Shown one piece after another: positions 8,911-16,715 of a stretch of 43,809 bases of DNA (position 1 is its first letter; each line of letters starts with the position of its first letter). The position numbers and the translations under genes are program-made. Origin of the DNA: an uncultured bacterium (lineage in GTDB: Bacteria > Latescibacterota > MVCY01); NCBI GenBank assembly GCA_964595705.1, contig CAZQSC010000001.1, forward strand, positions 1 through 43,809. Direction: 5' to 3'. The notes under the pieces are model-generated. The model saw only the letters and a program-made list of their open reading frames with translations. It had not been told where the DNA came from and made no database searches.

Positions 8911-9647
8911 TGCTTACTATAAGAAATCTGGAGGTCTATTACGGGGCCATTCAGGCCCTCAAAGGGGTCTCTCTGCACATCCTGCCAGAAGAGATCGTCT
9001 GTCTGATAGGGGCCAATGGGGCGGGTAAATCCACCCTACTGCATGCCATCTCCGGACTTGTGCCCTTGGTAAAGGGGGAGATCAGCCTGGATGGCGTCTC
9101 TTTAGTTGGGCACTCACCAGAGCAGATCGTCGCACTGGGGATATCGCAGGTGCCGGAGGGGAGACAGATATTCGCCCCCCTGACAGTGTTAGAGAACTTA
9201 GAACTGGGCGCCTACCAGCGATTCCGGAGAGAAAGACGTCGGCAGATTTCCCGGGAGATAGAACGGATCTTTCAACTTTTCCCTGTGCTGAAGGAAAGGA
9301 GATCTCAACCGGCCGGAACCCTCAGCGGAGGCGAACAGCAGATGCTGGTCATAGGAAGAGCTCTGATGTCAAAGCCCAAACTGCTTCTTTTAGATGAACC
9401 CTCAATGGGACTGGCCCCTATCGTGGCCAAAGAGATACTTCAGATTATTCGAGACTTAAGAGAGTCAGGCACCACCATCCTCTTGGTAGAACAGAACGCC
9501 AAAATGGCCCTTTCTCTAGCCGACAGAGGCTATGTCCTGGAAACTGGTAAGATTATCCTCGAAGGAGAAACCTCAGAGCTGCTGCAAAATCGAGAAGTGA
9601 AACGGGCCTACTTGGGTAAAGGGAGAAAAGGGTTCCTGGAAGAATAA
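8910..9647 (+). CDS. livF: ABC transporter ATP-binding protein (LivF type)
   Basis: ATG 8910 overlaps the livG stop (TAATG). Walker A GANGAGKST, signature LSGGEQQM and Walker B LLLDEPS are present, and the C-terminal REVKRAYLG is typical. Confidence 0.9.
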   Translation: MLTIRNLEVYYGAIQALKGVSLHILPEEIVCLIGANGAGKSTLLHAISGLVPLVKGEISLDGVSLVGHSPEQIVALGISQVPEGRQIFAPLTVLENLELGAYQRFRRERRRQISREIERIFQLFPVLKERRSQPAGTLSGGEQQMLVIGRALMSKPKLLLLDEPSMGLAPIVAKEILQIIRDLRESGTTILLVEQNAKMALSLADRGYVLETGKIILEGETSELLQNREVKRAYLGKGRKGFLEE

Positions 9648-9708
9648 ATAGCCAGCTCATGCTTCTTCTTAACCACATAAATCTTAAACTTATGTCAATT
9701 CTCTCAAG

Positions 9709-9780
9709 GTGATCATTGAGTCATTAGTCATTGGTCATTAGTGAATTCAATTTACCACTCACTAATTAACCAGTTAACTA
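9709..9780. repeat. heptad-repeat intergenic element, copy A
   Basis: TCATTGAG TCATTAG TCATTGG TCATTAG (9713-9741), then GTGAATTCAATTTACCACTCACTAATTAACCAGTTAAC. Its parts recur at 15471-15550, 21130-21202, 31397-31468 and 14518-14559. Confidence 0.6.
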
Positions 9781-9819
9781 AAGTCTTTTACATAGATTGA
9801 GCTCGAAAAGGAGGTGGTA

Positions 9820-11202
9820 ATGGATCTAACCCCCAGAATAGAAAATGGACAAGAAGGGCAGCAACCCTCAGAGGCCCGGGCAAACTCCAGAAAGTTTCTG
9901 AGAGGCGTCCCCCCTTGGGGGGTAGCATTAGGTATACTGGCGGCAGGTCTGTTAGCAGGGTGGTTTGGCGGCCGAAACAGTGTAAAACCCGGTGACTCCC
10001 CTCAAGTGGTTAACCAACCTCAGCAAACACCATCTGATGTCCCTTCGGCCGCCAAGGAAGACTACCCTGAGGATCAATCTCTTAAATGGTTGAAAGGAGT
10101 CCTTCCCAGAGGAAGCTCGCTTTATCTCTGCCTAGTTGGGCAGGGAGTTGGCCCTGAAGAGGTGTTCAAGCTTCAAAAGGCGTTGAAGCCGTTGTTTGAT
10201 CTCCGAAAGTGCCCGGCGGGAAGCAGATACCAACTGGCACTGGACGGCCAGGGCAGGGTTGCCCAATTTATCTACCAGCCCAATGCAATAGACCTCTACT
10301 CCGTTCACCTATCTCCCCAGGGCAGCTTGGAAGCGGCTAAGGAGAAAAACCAGACCAGAGTGGTGAAGATAGAGGGGGAGATCAACAGTTCACTCTACGA
10401 GGCAGTCTTGGAGTTGGGACATTCAGCTGAGGTGGCAATGCAGTTGGCCGATATCTTCGCCTGGCAGATCGACTTTCTCACCGAACCTCGCCCAGGCGAC
10501 AGATTTAAACTGGTAGTGGAGGAAGAGTACAGAGGCAAGGCCAAACGGCCTAAACGGATATTGGCTGCTCAATACAAGGGCAAATTAACCGGGGAGCACA
10601 CCGCCATCTTCTTCTGCGACCCTTCTGGGCACTGTGATTACTACACCCTTGAGGGAAAGTCTTTACGCAAGGCCTTTCTACGAGCTCCACTTAAATACCG
10701 ACGCATCAGCTCCCACTTCTCTTATCGGCGACTGCACCCCATTCTGCGGATATGGCGCCCCCATCTGGGCATTGACTACGCCGCCCCTATAGGTACACCT
10801 GTGTCTGCAATCGGTGACGGAGTGGTAATTAAGAAGGGATGGAACCGTGACGGCGGAAAGTTCCTCAAACTTCGCCATCCCAACGGCTACACCAGCACCT
10901 ACTGCCATCTCTCCCGCTTTGCAAAGGGAATTAAACCTGGGGTAAAGGTCCGACAGGGAGAGGTTATCGCCTATGTGGGCTCCACTGGCCTGTCTACCGG
11001 ACCCCATCTCTACTTCGCCATAAGCAAGAATGGGAAAAAGATAAATTTCTTAAAGATGAAACTACCCTCCGCCTCATCGGTAGACCCTAAATATCTCAGC
11101 CAGTTCAGCCGGGTAAAAGAAGAGCGTCTGGCAATGCTCAACTCCCCGGCAGATTCTGACTATGTAGTGCTTCAGCCTGAAAAAGAGATTTCCCAACAGT
11201 GA
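9820..11202 (+). CDS. M23-family peptidoglycan metalloendopeptidase with an N-terminal membrane anchor
   Basis: ATG 9820 follows an AAAGGAGG SD; the ORF track starts at GTG 9814. A TM segment (WGVALGILAAGLLAGWF) is present. The M23 catalytic motifs are HLGIDYAAPIGTPV and GSTGLSTGPHLYF. Confidence 0.85.
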   Translation: MDLTPRIENGQEGQQPSEARANSRKFLRGVPPWGVALGILAAGLLAGWFGGRNSVKPGDSPQVVNQPQQTPSDVPSAAKEDYPEDQSLKWLKGVLPRGSSLYLCLVGQGVGPEEVFKLQKALKPLFDLRKCPAGSRYQLALDGQGRVAQFIYQPNAIDLYSVHLSPQGSLEAAKEKNQTRVVKIEGEINSSLYEAVLELGHSAEVAMQLADIFAWQIDFLTEPRPGDRFKLVVEEEYRGKAKRPKRILAAQYKGKLTGEHTAIFFCDPSGHCDYYTLEGKSLRKAFLRAPLKYRRISSHFSYRRLHPILRIWRPHLGIDYAAPIGTPVSAIGDGVVIKKGWNRDGGKFLKLRHPNGYTSTYCHLSRFAKGIKPGVKVRQGEVIAYVGSTGLSTGPHLYFAISKNGKKINFLKMKLPSASSVDPKYLSQFSRVKEERLAMLNSPADSDYVVLQPEKEISQQ

Positions 11203-11384
11203 ACAATTGGAGCTTTATGAACCTCACCCCGTTGTTTGGAACTCGGGATGTGGAGTTTAGGCTTTATAGAATAGAGGATTGCTGCCTCAGGTAGCGGCCC
11301 TGGAGAAGCAATCAGACAGATCAGCATCAGCATTGACTGAGACAGAACAAAAAAACCTTTCATAACTGGTTGTTGTCTGTTTTT

Positions 11385-11427
11385 ATCTGTCCACATCAAT
11401 GCTTGCATCTGTCTACATCAATGCTTG
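11385..11427. repeat. tandem 21-bp direct repeat (22-bp period) abutting the paaK2 ribosome-binding site
   Basis: ATCTGTCCACATCAATGCTTG (11385-11405) and ATCTGTCTACATCAATGCTTG (11407-11427) are 20/21 identical. A partial inverted copy (CAGACAGAT..AGCATTGA) lies at 11313-11345. Confidence 0.7.
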
Positions 11428-11441
11428 GGAGGTGTCCTACG

Positions 11442-12743
11442 GTGATCTGGAATAAGAAGATGGAGTGCCTGCCGCGTAAGCAGTTAGAGCAGATTCAGAT
11501 TGAGCGGCTTCAATCCACACTAAATCGGGCCTATAAGAATGTTCCTTTCTACCACCAAATTTTTGAACAAAACAGAATCATCCCCGAGAAGATCAGATCT
11601 GTTGCCGACCTGGCACATATTCCCTTTACCACTAAGGAGAATTTGAGGGATAACTATCCCTACGGGATGTTTGCCGTGCCTCTGCGGGACATCGTCCGTA
11701 TCCATGCCTCTTCAGGTACAACTGGCATGCCCATCGTGGTGGGTTACTCGGCGAATGATATGAGACACTGGGCTGAGGTAGTAGCTCGAATTATGACCGC
11801 TGGGGGGGTAACCAAGGAGGATATAGTTCAGATAGCCTTCAATTACGGGCTTTTCACTGGCGGATTTGGCCTGCACCACGGTGCGGAAACTATCGGAGCC
11901 ACAGTAATCCCTGCATCTTCAGGCAACAGCCGCCGCCAGATTATGATTATGAAAGACTACCGCACCACCGCCTTAGTGTGCACCCCCAGCTATGCTCTTT
12001 ATCTGGCAGAGGTGATGGGCGAGATGAAGATAACCAAAGAGCGACTTGCTCTGAGGGTAGGACTTTTCGGGGGGGAGCCTTGGTCAGAGAATATGAGAGC
12101 AGAGATAGAACAGAAACTCGGCCTCAGCGCCACTGATAACTACGGCCTCAGCGAGATTATGGGACCCGGAGTAGCAGGAGAGTGCCAGGAGAAAAATGGC
12201 CTTCACATCGCCGAGGACCATTTCATAGCCGAGATAATCGACCCTGACACTGGCCAGGTCCTGCCCTATGGAGAACAAGGGGAATTGGTACTTACCACCC
12301 TCACCAAAGAGGCATTCCCGATGATAAGATACCGTACCCACGACATCACCCGGCTTAACCCCGAGCCCTGCCAGTGTGGGAGGACCCACATCAGAATGGA
12401 GCGGGTCCGAGACCGAACTGACGATATGCTTATTGTGCGGGGAGTCAATGTCTACCCCTCCCAGGTGGAGAGCGTGCTGACCGAGATCGAAGGCACCAGC
12501 CCCCATTACCAGATTATTGTCGACCGCAAAGGCGCCCTGGACGAATTGGAAATATTGGTGGAGGTGAAAGAGGGCTTCTTCTTCGATGAGATGAAGAGGC
12601 TGCGCTCGTTTAAAGAGAAGGTGGAAGAAAAGATGGAAAGCGCCCTGGGTATCTCCGCCAGGATAAAGTTGGTGGAACCAAAGACACTTGAGAGAACCGA
12701 AGGCAAAGCCCAAAGGGTAGTAGACAGGAGAAAACAGAGATGA
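11442..12743 (+). CDS. paaK: phenylacetate-CoA ligase family (PaaK-type) protein, copy 2
   Basis: I chose GTG 11442 as the start (GGGAGG SD 9 nt upstream) because [19 protein letters not shown] aligns with [19 protein letters not shown] of copy 1. [19 protein letters not shown] and [10 protein letters not shown] are present. Confidence 0.85.
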   Translation: MIWNKKMECLPRKQLEQIQIERLQSTLNRAYKNVPFYHQIFEQNRIIPEKIRSVADLAHIPFTTKENLRDNYPYGMFAVPLRDIVRIHASSGTTGMPIVVGYSANDMRHWAEVVARIMTAGGVTKEDIVQIAFNYGLFTGGFGLHHGAETIGATVIPASSGNSRRQIMIMKDYRTTALVCTPSYALYLAEVMGEMKITKERLALRVGLFGGEPWSENMRAEIEQKLGLSATDNYGLSEIMGPGVAGECQEKNGLHIAEDHFIAEIIDPDTGQVLPYGEQGELVLTTLTKEAFPMIRYRTHDITRLNPEPCQCGRTHIRMERVRDRTDDMLIVRGVNVYPSQVESVLTEIEGTSPHYQIIVDRKGALDELEILVEVKEGFFFDEMKRLRSFKEKVEEKMESALGISARIKLVEPKTLERTEGKAQRVVDRRKQR

Positions 12744-13957
12744 AGAGCACAGAAGAGAGACTTGCCAGGCGGGCCTTGGGGATGAAGGGCTCTGAAATCC
12801 GGCGGCTGTTCAAAATGTCTATGAAACCAGGGGTAATCTCCTTTGCTGGGGGCCTGCCTGATCCCCAGTCGTTCCCCTCAGAAGAGGCAGCCGAGGTTCT
12901 CCACAGTCTCCTTCACCAAGATGGCAAAACCCTTCTGCAATACGGCTCTGCTCGAGGAGACACAAGGCTCATCCAGATAATACAGAAAAGGATGCACCAG
13001 AGGGGAATAGAGACAGAACCGGAGGAGATTCTGATAACTGCTGGGGCACAACAGGTTATGGACCTCTGCGCCAAAATCCTGGTAGATCCTGGAGACATTG
13101 TCCTGGTGGAATCTCCCAGCTTTATCGGCGCCTTAGGGACCTTCCGGAACTACCAAGCTCGGTTGGCCGGCGTGCCTATGGAGGAGTCAGGCATAAGATT
13201 GGAGAGCTTAGTAGGGGTCCTAAAAAAGCTTCAGACAGAGGCAAGCTTCCCAAAGTTTTTCTACACCATCCCTAATTTTCACAACCCCACCGGTGCCATT
13301 ATGTCCCAAGAAAAACGGCGCAAACTTCTAGAAATAGCCGATGAATTTGATCTTCTCATCTTAGAAGACGATGCCTACGGCGATCTCTGGTTCGAGGGAG
13401 GCCAGCAGGAGATTCTGCCTATTAAATCCTCGGACAAGCAGCAGAGAGTCATCTACGCTGGCTCTTTCTCCAAGATCATCTCTCCCGGGATCCGCCTGGG
13501 ATGGGCCGCCGGCCCCAGAGAGTTGGTCGAAAAGTTCGAGATGGCCCGCCAGGTGATGGATGTGTGCCCCAACCCCCTGATTCAGGCCCTGGTTGTCAGA
13601 TTGGCCGAAGAGGGTTACCTGAACCACCATATCCCTAAGCTGCGAGAGACTTACCGTCTACGCCGAGACGCTATGCTGGCTGCCTTAGAAAGATATATGC
13701 CTGAAGGCGTGTGCTGGACAGTCCCCAAGGGGGGATTCTACATCTGGGTGACCCTGCCCGAGAAGTTAGATGCCTCGGAGCTTTTCCCTAAGGCGGTGGA
13801 GAAAAATGTGGCCTATGTGATCGGACAGCCCTTTTATCCGGACGAGAACATAAAAAATACGCTCAGACTCTCATTCTCCCATGAGCCTGAGGAGATGATC
13901 GAAGAGGGGATAAGAAGACTGGGAGAAGCTGTGAAAGAGGCACTGACAAAAGATTAG
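12740..13957 (+). CDS. PLP-dependent aminotransferase, class I/II fold (aromatic / 2-aminoadipate aminotransferase-like)
   Basis: 405 aa. The ATG overlaps the paaK2 stop (ATGA at 12740-12743). The pattern ..[27 protein letters not shown] (PLP-lysine in SFSK) is typical of this fold. Confidence 0.85.
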   Translation: MKSTEERLARRALGMKGSEIRRLFKMSMKPGVISFAGGLPDPQSFPSEEAAEVLHSLLHQDGKTLLQYGSARGDTRLIQIIQKRMHQRGIETEPEEILITAGAQQVMDLCAKILVDPGDIVLVESPSFIGALGTFRNYQARLAGVPMEESGIRLESLVGVLKKLQTEASFPKFFYTIPNFHNPTGAIMSQEKRRKLLEIADEFDLLILEDDAYGDLWFEGGQQEILPIKSSDKQQRVIYAGSFSKIISPGIRLGWAAGPRELVEKFEMARQVMDVCPNPLIQALVVRLAEEGYLNHHIPKLRETYRLRRDAMLAALERYMPEGVCWTVPKGGFYIWVTLPEKLDASELFPKAVEKNVAYVIGQPFYPDENIKNTLRLSFSHEPEEMIEEGIRRLGEAVKEALTKD

Positions 13958-14168
13958 CTGGAAAGTTGTCAACGGCAACATTCAGAAATTCCCTGCGGAC
14001 GAAACTTCGTTTCGCATTTCAAAATGAAAAATGGAGGGAGCAAAAGTCAAATTGTCTTTCTTTAAGAACCCGTTAAAACAATATCTTCCATTTGGCATTG
14101 AATGTGTTCAAAACTTAACCTACGTTCCGAGGTTTTTCAGCTAATGAAGAGGGCTAAGGGCGAGTAAA

Positions 14169-14510
14169 ATGATTATTGAGTCCTATCGGTTTGGAAATAT
14201 TACGATTGACGGAAACACTTACACCTCTGATGTGATCATCTATCCCGACCGTGTAGATGGCAGTTGGTGGCGTAAACAGGGACATCGGCTGAGCATCGAA
14301 GACCTAAAGGGGATAGTGGAGGCAAAGCCAGAGGTGCTGGTGGTGGGTATGGGAAGTCCAGGACTTATGCAGGTCCCGCCCGAGACCAGGGATTACATTG
14401 AAGCCCGGGGGATAGAACTGGTGGTAGAGCCTACAGACAAGGCCTGGAGGACCTACAATCGACTTAAAAACTCCCGCAGGGTTGTGGCTGCCCTCCATCT
14501 TACTTGTTAA
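14169..14510 (+). CDS. Mth938-like (DUF498/NDUFAF3-type) domain protein
   Basis: 113 aa. IESYRFGNITIDGNTYTSDVIIYPDRV...WR....H.L...DL..IVEAKPEVLVVGMGSPG...ARGIELVVEPTDKAWRTYN matches the family pattern as I remember it. Confidence 0.75.
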   Translation: MIIESYRFGNITIDGNTYTSDVIIYPDRVDGSWWRKQGHRLSIEDLKGIVEAKPEVLVVGMGSPGLMQVPPETRDYIEARGIELVVEPTDKAWRTYNRLKNSRRVVAALHLTC

Positions 14511-14514
14511 CAGT

Positions 14515-15477
14515 ATGTTACCAGTTACTAATCACCAGTCACCGATCACCAGTCACCAGTTTGAACCCGCTTACCTGAAACTCCAGCGCTCTGGCGGACT
14601 AAAAGAGCGGATAGAAAAGGCCTGGGGGCTGCTGGAGGGCTGCGCCCTTTGCCCCCGAAGCTGCGGAGCCAACAGACTTGCTGGGGAACGAGGCTTCTGC
14701 CGGGCAGGCCGGCTGCCCATCGTCTCCAGCTGGGGACCGCACTTCGGCGAAGAGAGACCCTTAGTGGGGACAGGGGGCTCTGGGACTATATTTTTAACTC
14801 ACTGCAACTTAGGCTGTATCTTTTGCCAGAACTACGATATAAGCCACCTGGGCAGAGGAGAGGAGATAAGCACTCAGCGCCTGGGAGAGATTATGCTGGA
14901 GCTTCAGCGGATGGGTTGCCACAACATCAACTTCGTCACCCCAACCCACTTTATCCCCCAGATTCTGGATGCTTTGCCCTTCGCTATTGAGACTGGGCTC
15001 TGCCTGCCACTGGTCTATAACTCCGGGGGCTATGACTCAGTGGAGACGCTTCGACTCTTAGATGGGGTCTTTGACATCTATATGCCCGACTTCAAATACT
15101 CTGACGGGCAGATCTCAACCCAACTCTCCAGCGCACCTGACTATCCTGAAGTGGCCAAAGCTGCCCTGCAGGAGATGCATCGACAGGTAGGAGAGCTTCA
15201 GCTGGATGAGCGAGGGATTGCCCAGCGGGGACTTTTGGTTCGCCACCTGGTATTGCCACAAGGTCTAGCCGGCACAAAAGAGGTAATGCGCTTCATTGCT
15301 CAGTACATCTCACCCCAAACCTATGTTAATGTTATGGAGCAGTATCGCCCTTGTTACCAAGCTGGCGAACACCCACCTTTAGACCGCCCCATAACTGGCA
15401 AAGAGTTCCGAGAGGCTGTAGAGATGGCCCTCCAGGAAGGTCTGAGAAGATTAGAGGGGGTCTCGGGGGACTGGTGA
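14515..15477 (+). CDS. radical SAM protein, PflX-like (COG1313-type putative activating enzyme)
   Basis: ATG 14515 lies just after the upstream stop. The CNLGCIFC (CxxxCxxC) radical-SAM cluster motif follows an N-terminal Cys-rich CALCPRSCGANRLAGERGFC. The conserved family start (F/Y)EPAYLKL comes only after a 14-codon stretch encoded by a heptad array. Confidence 0.8.
   Translation: MLPVTNHQSPITSHQFEPAYLKLQRSGGLKERIEKAWGLLEGCALCPRSCGANRLAGERGFCRAGRLPIVSSWGPHFGEERPLVGTGGSGTIFLTHCNLGCIFCQNYDISHLGRGEEISTQRLGEIMLELQRMGCHNINFVTPTHFIPQILDALPFAIETGLCLPLVYNSGGYDSVETLRLLDGVFDIYMPDFKYSDGQISTQLSSAPDYPEVAKAALQEMHRQVGELQLDERGIAQRGLLVRHLVLPQGLAGTKEVMRFIAQYISPQTYVNVMEQYRPCYQAGEHPPLDRPITGKEFREAVEMALQEGLRRLEGVSGDW
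14518..14559. repeat. six-unit heptanucleotide array (copy D) inside the 5' end of the radical SAM ORF
   Basis: TTACCAG TTACTAA TCACCAG TCACCGA TCACCAG TCACCAG totals 42 nt, so it is in frame and encodes LPVTNHQSPITSHQ. Confidence 0.65.
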
Positions 15478-15550
15478 GTGGTGAAAGGCACGAGGATAAC
15501 TATACTTACTAATAAGTTACCACTCACTACTCACCTAATTAACTAATTTC
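15471..15550. repeat. heptad-repeat intergenic element, copy B, with an 11-bp stem
   Basis: CTGGTGA GTGGTGA begins at 15471, and the first TGA (15475-15477) is the stop codon of the radical SAM gene. GTGAGTGGTGA (15474-15484) pairs with TTACCACTCAC (15517-15527). The element ends with CACTCAC TACTCAC CTAATTAACTAATTTC. Confidence 0.55.
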
Positions 15551-15567
15551 TCACAAGGAGGATTCCA

Positions 15568-16473
15568 ATGGCAGAGGTAAAATTGGGGATCAACGCCTGT
15601 TTTGCAGTCAAAAGGTGGCCGGAACCAGAGGCCTGGCTTAAGATTGTAGGCGAGGAGCTGGACCTGCGGGAGGCTCAGTTCTCCTTCGACCTGCTGGATC
15701 CCAGGGTGGAGGAGCCCACCCGCTGGAGGATGTGCGAAAGACTCAACCAGGCGGCAGCAAAATATAATGTCCACATCCAAACCACCTTCACTGGTCTGGC
15801 AGCATACTGCTTTAATCTTCTGCTTCACCCGGACCTGGGGATGAGAATCGACGCCCTCCGGTGGTTCGAGGAAGCCATTGCCGTCACCTCAATGCTGGGC
15901 GCCGACGGCACCGGAGGTCACATAGCCTCGCTTTCTATGTGGGACATCCAGAACAAAGAGAGAACCGAACAGCTGACTGCCAGTCTTATGGACTCCCTCC
16001 ACCACTTGGCTGAGTTGGCAAAGCTAGAGGGGTTAAAATACCTACTGTGGGAGCCAATGCCTGTGCCCAGAGAAAGGCCCTGCACTATCGACCAGGCAAA
16101 GGCGCTTTATGAGAAGGCAAATCGGGACACCCCAGTCCCCATTTTCTACTGTATAGACTGGGGACATCAGTGTACCTACAACGCAACCGGAAGGGACAGA
16201 GACCCATATTCCTGGCTACGGGAGCTTGCCCCTCTGTCTCCGGTAATGCATGTGCAGCAGACAGACGGCAAAATGGATCGCCACTGGCCTTTCACCCGCC
16301 AGTATAACCAGCAGGGTATAATCCAGCCCCAGAGAGCCTTAGAGGCAATAGAGCAATCCGGTGCCAAGGAGGTAATCTTGATGCTGGAGATAATCCACCC
16401 CTTTGAGACCGAAGAGGCCCAGGTGCTGGCTGATCTGAAAGAGACGGTGGAATATTGGAAGCAGTACCTTTAA
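15568..16473 (+). CDS. xylose isomerase-like TIM-barrel protein (sugar phosphate isomerase/epimerase family)
   Basis: 301 aa with an AAGGAGG SD. The N-terminal KLGINACF... and the overall pattern fit the AP-endonuclease-2/xylose-isomerase-like TIM barrel fold. Specificity is unknown. Confidence 0.7.
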   Translation: MAEVKLGINACFAVKRWPEPEAWLKIVGEELDLREAQFSFDLLDPRVEEPTRWRMCERLNQAAAKYNVHIQTTFTGLAAYCFNLLLHPDLGMRIDALRWFEEAIAVTSMLGADGTGGHIASLSMWDIQNKERTEQLTASLMDSLHHLAELAKLEGLKYLLWEPMPVPRERPCTIDQAKALYEKANRDTPVPIFYCIDWGHQCTYNATGRDRDPYSWLRELAPLSPVMHVQQTDGKMDRHWPFTRQYNQQGIIQPQRALEAIEQSGAKEVILMLEIIHPFETEEAQVLADLKETVEYWKQYL

Positions 16474-16715
16474 TCGCCAGGGCTTTTTTCCTCACTGGCA
16501 AAACAGATAAATCTCCACGGAGATGAACCCTGGAGTGTAGGGGCTTGTTCCTGTGAAAATAACGAGAAATTTGGTTTACGTCCCATAAAGGGACTACACT
16601 ATGAGGTGGAGGACCTCTGTAGGGCTCAGGGTGCCCTGTAGCGGCACTATGCTCCTACAAGTCCCCGGGAGAGGGAAAAACCTGAGATACCCGTCAAATT
16701 CAAAGGAGAACCCGG

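Noticed and set aside
11370-11441. N-terminal extensions offered by the ORF track: 11370 for paaK2, 8095 for livG, 3262 for the porin, 14482 for the radical SAM gene, 25255 for gldG-like, 32839 for LOG.
   Set aside because: In each case an internal start has a properly spaced SD, removes overlap with the upstream gene, and/or restores the family-typical N-terminus or signal peptide.
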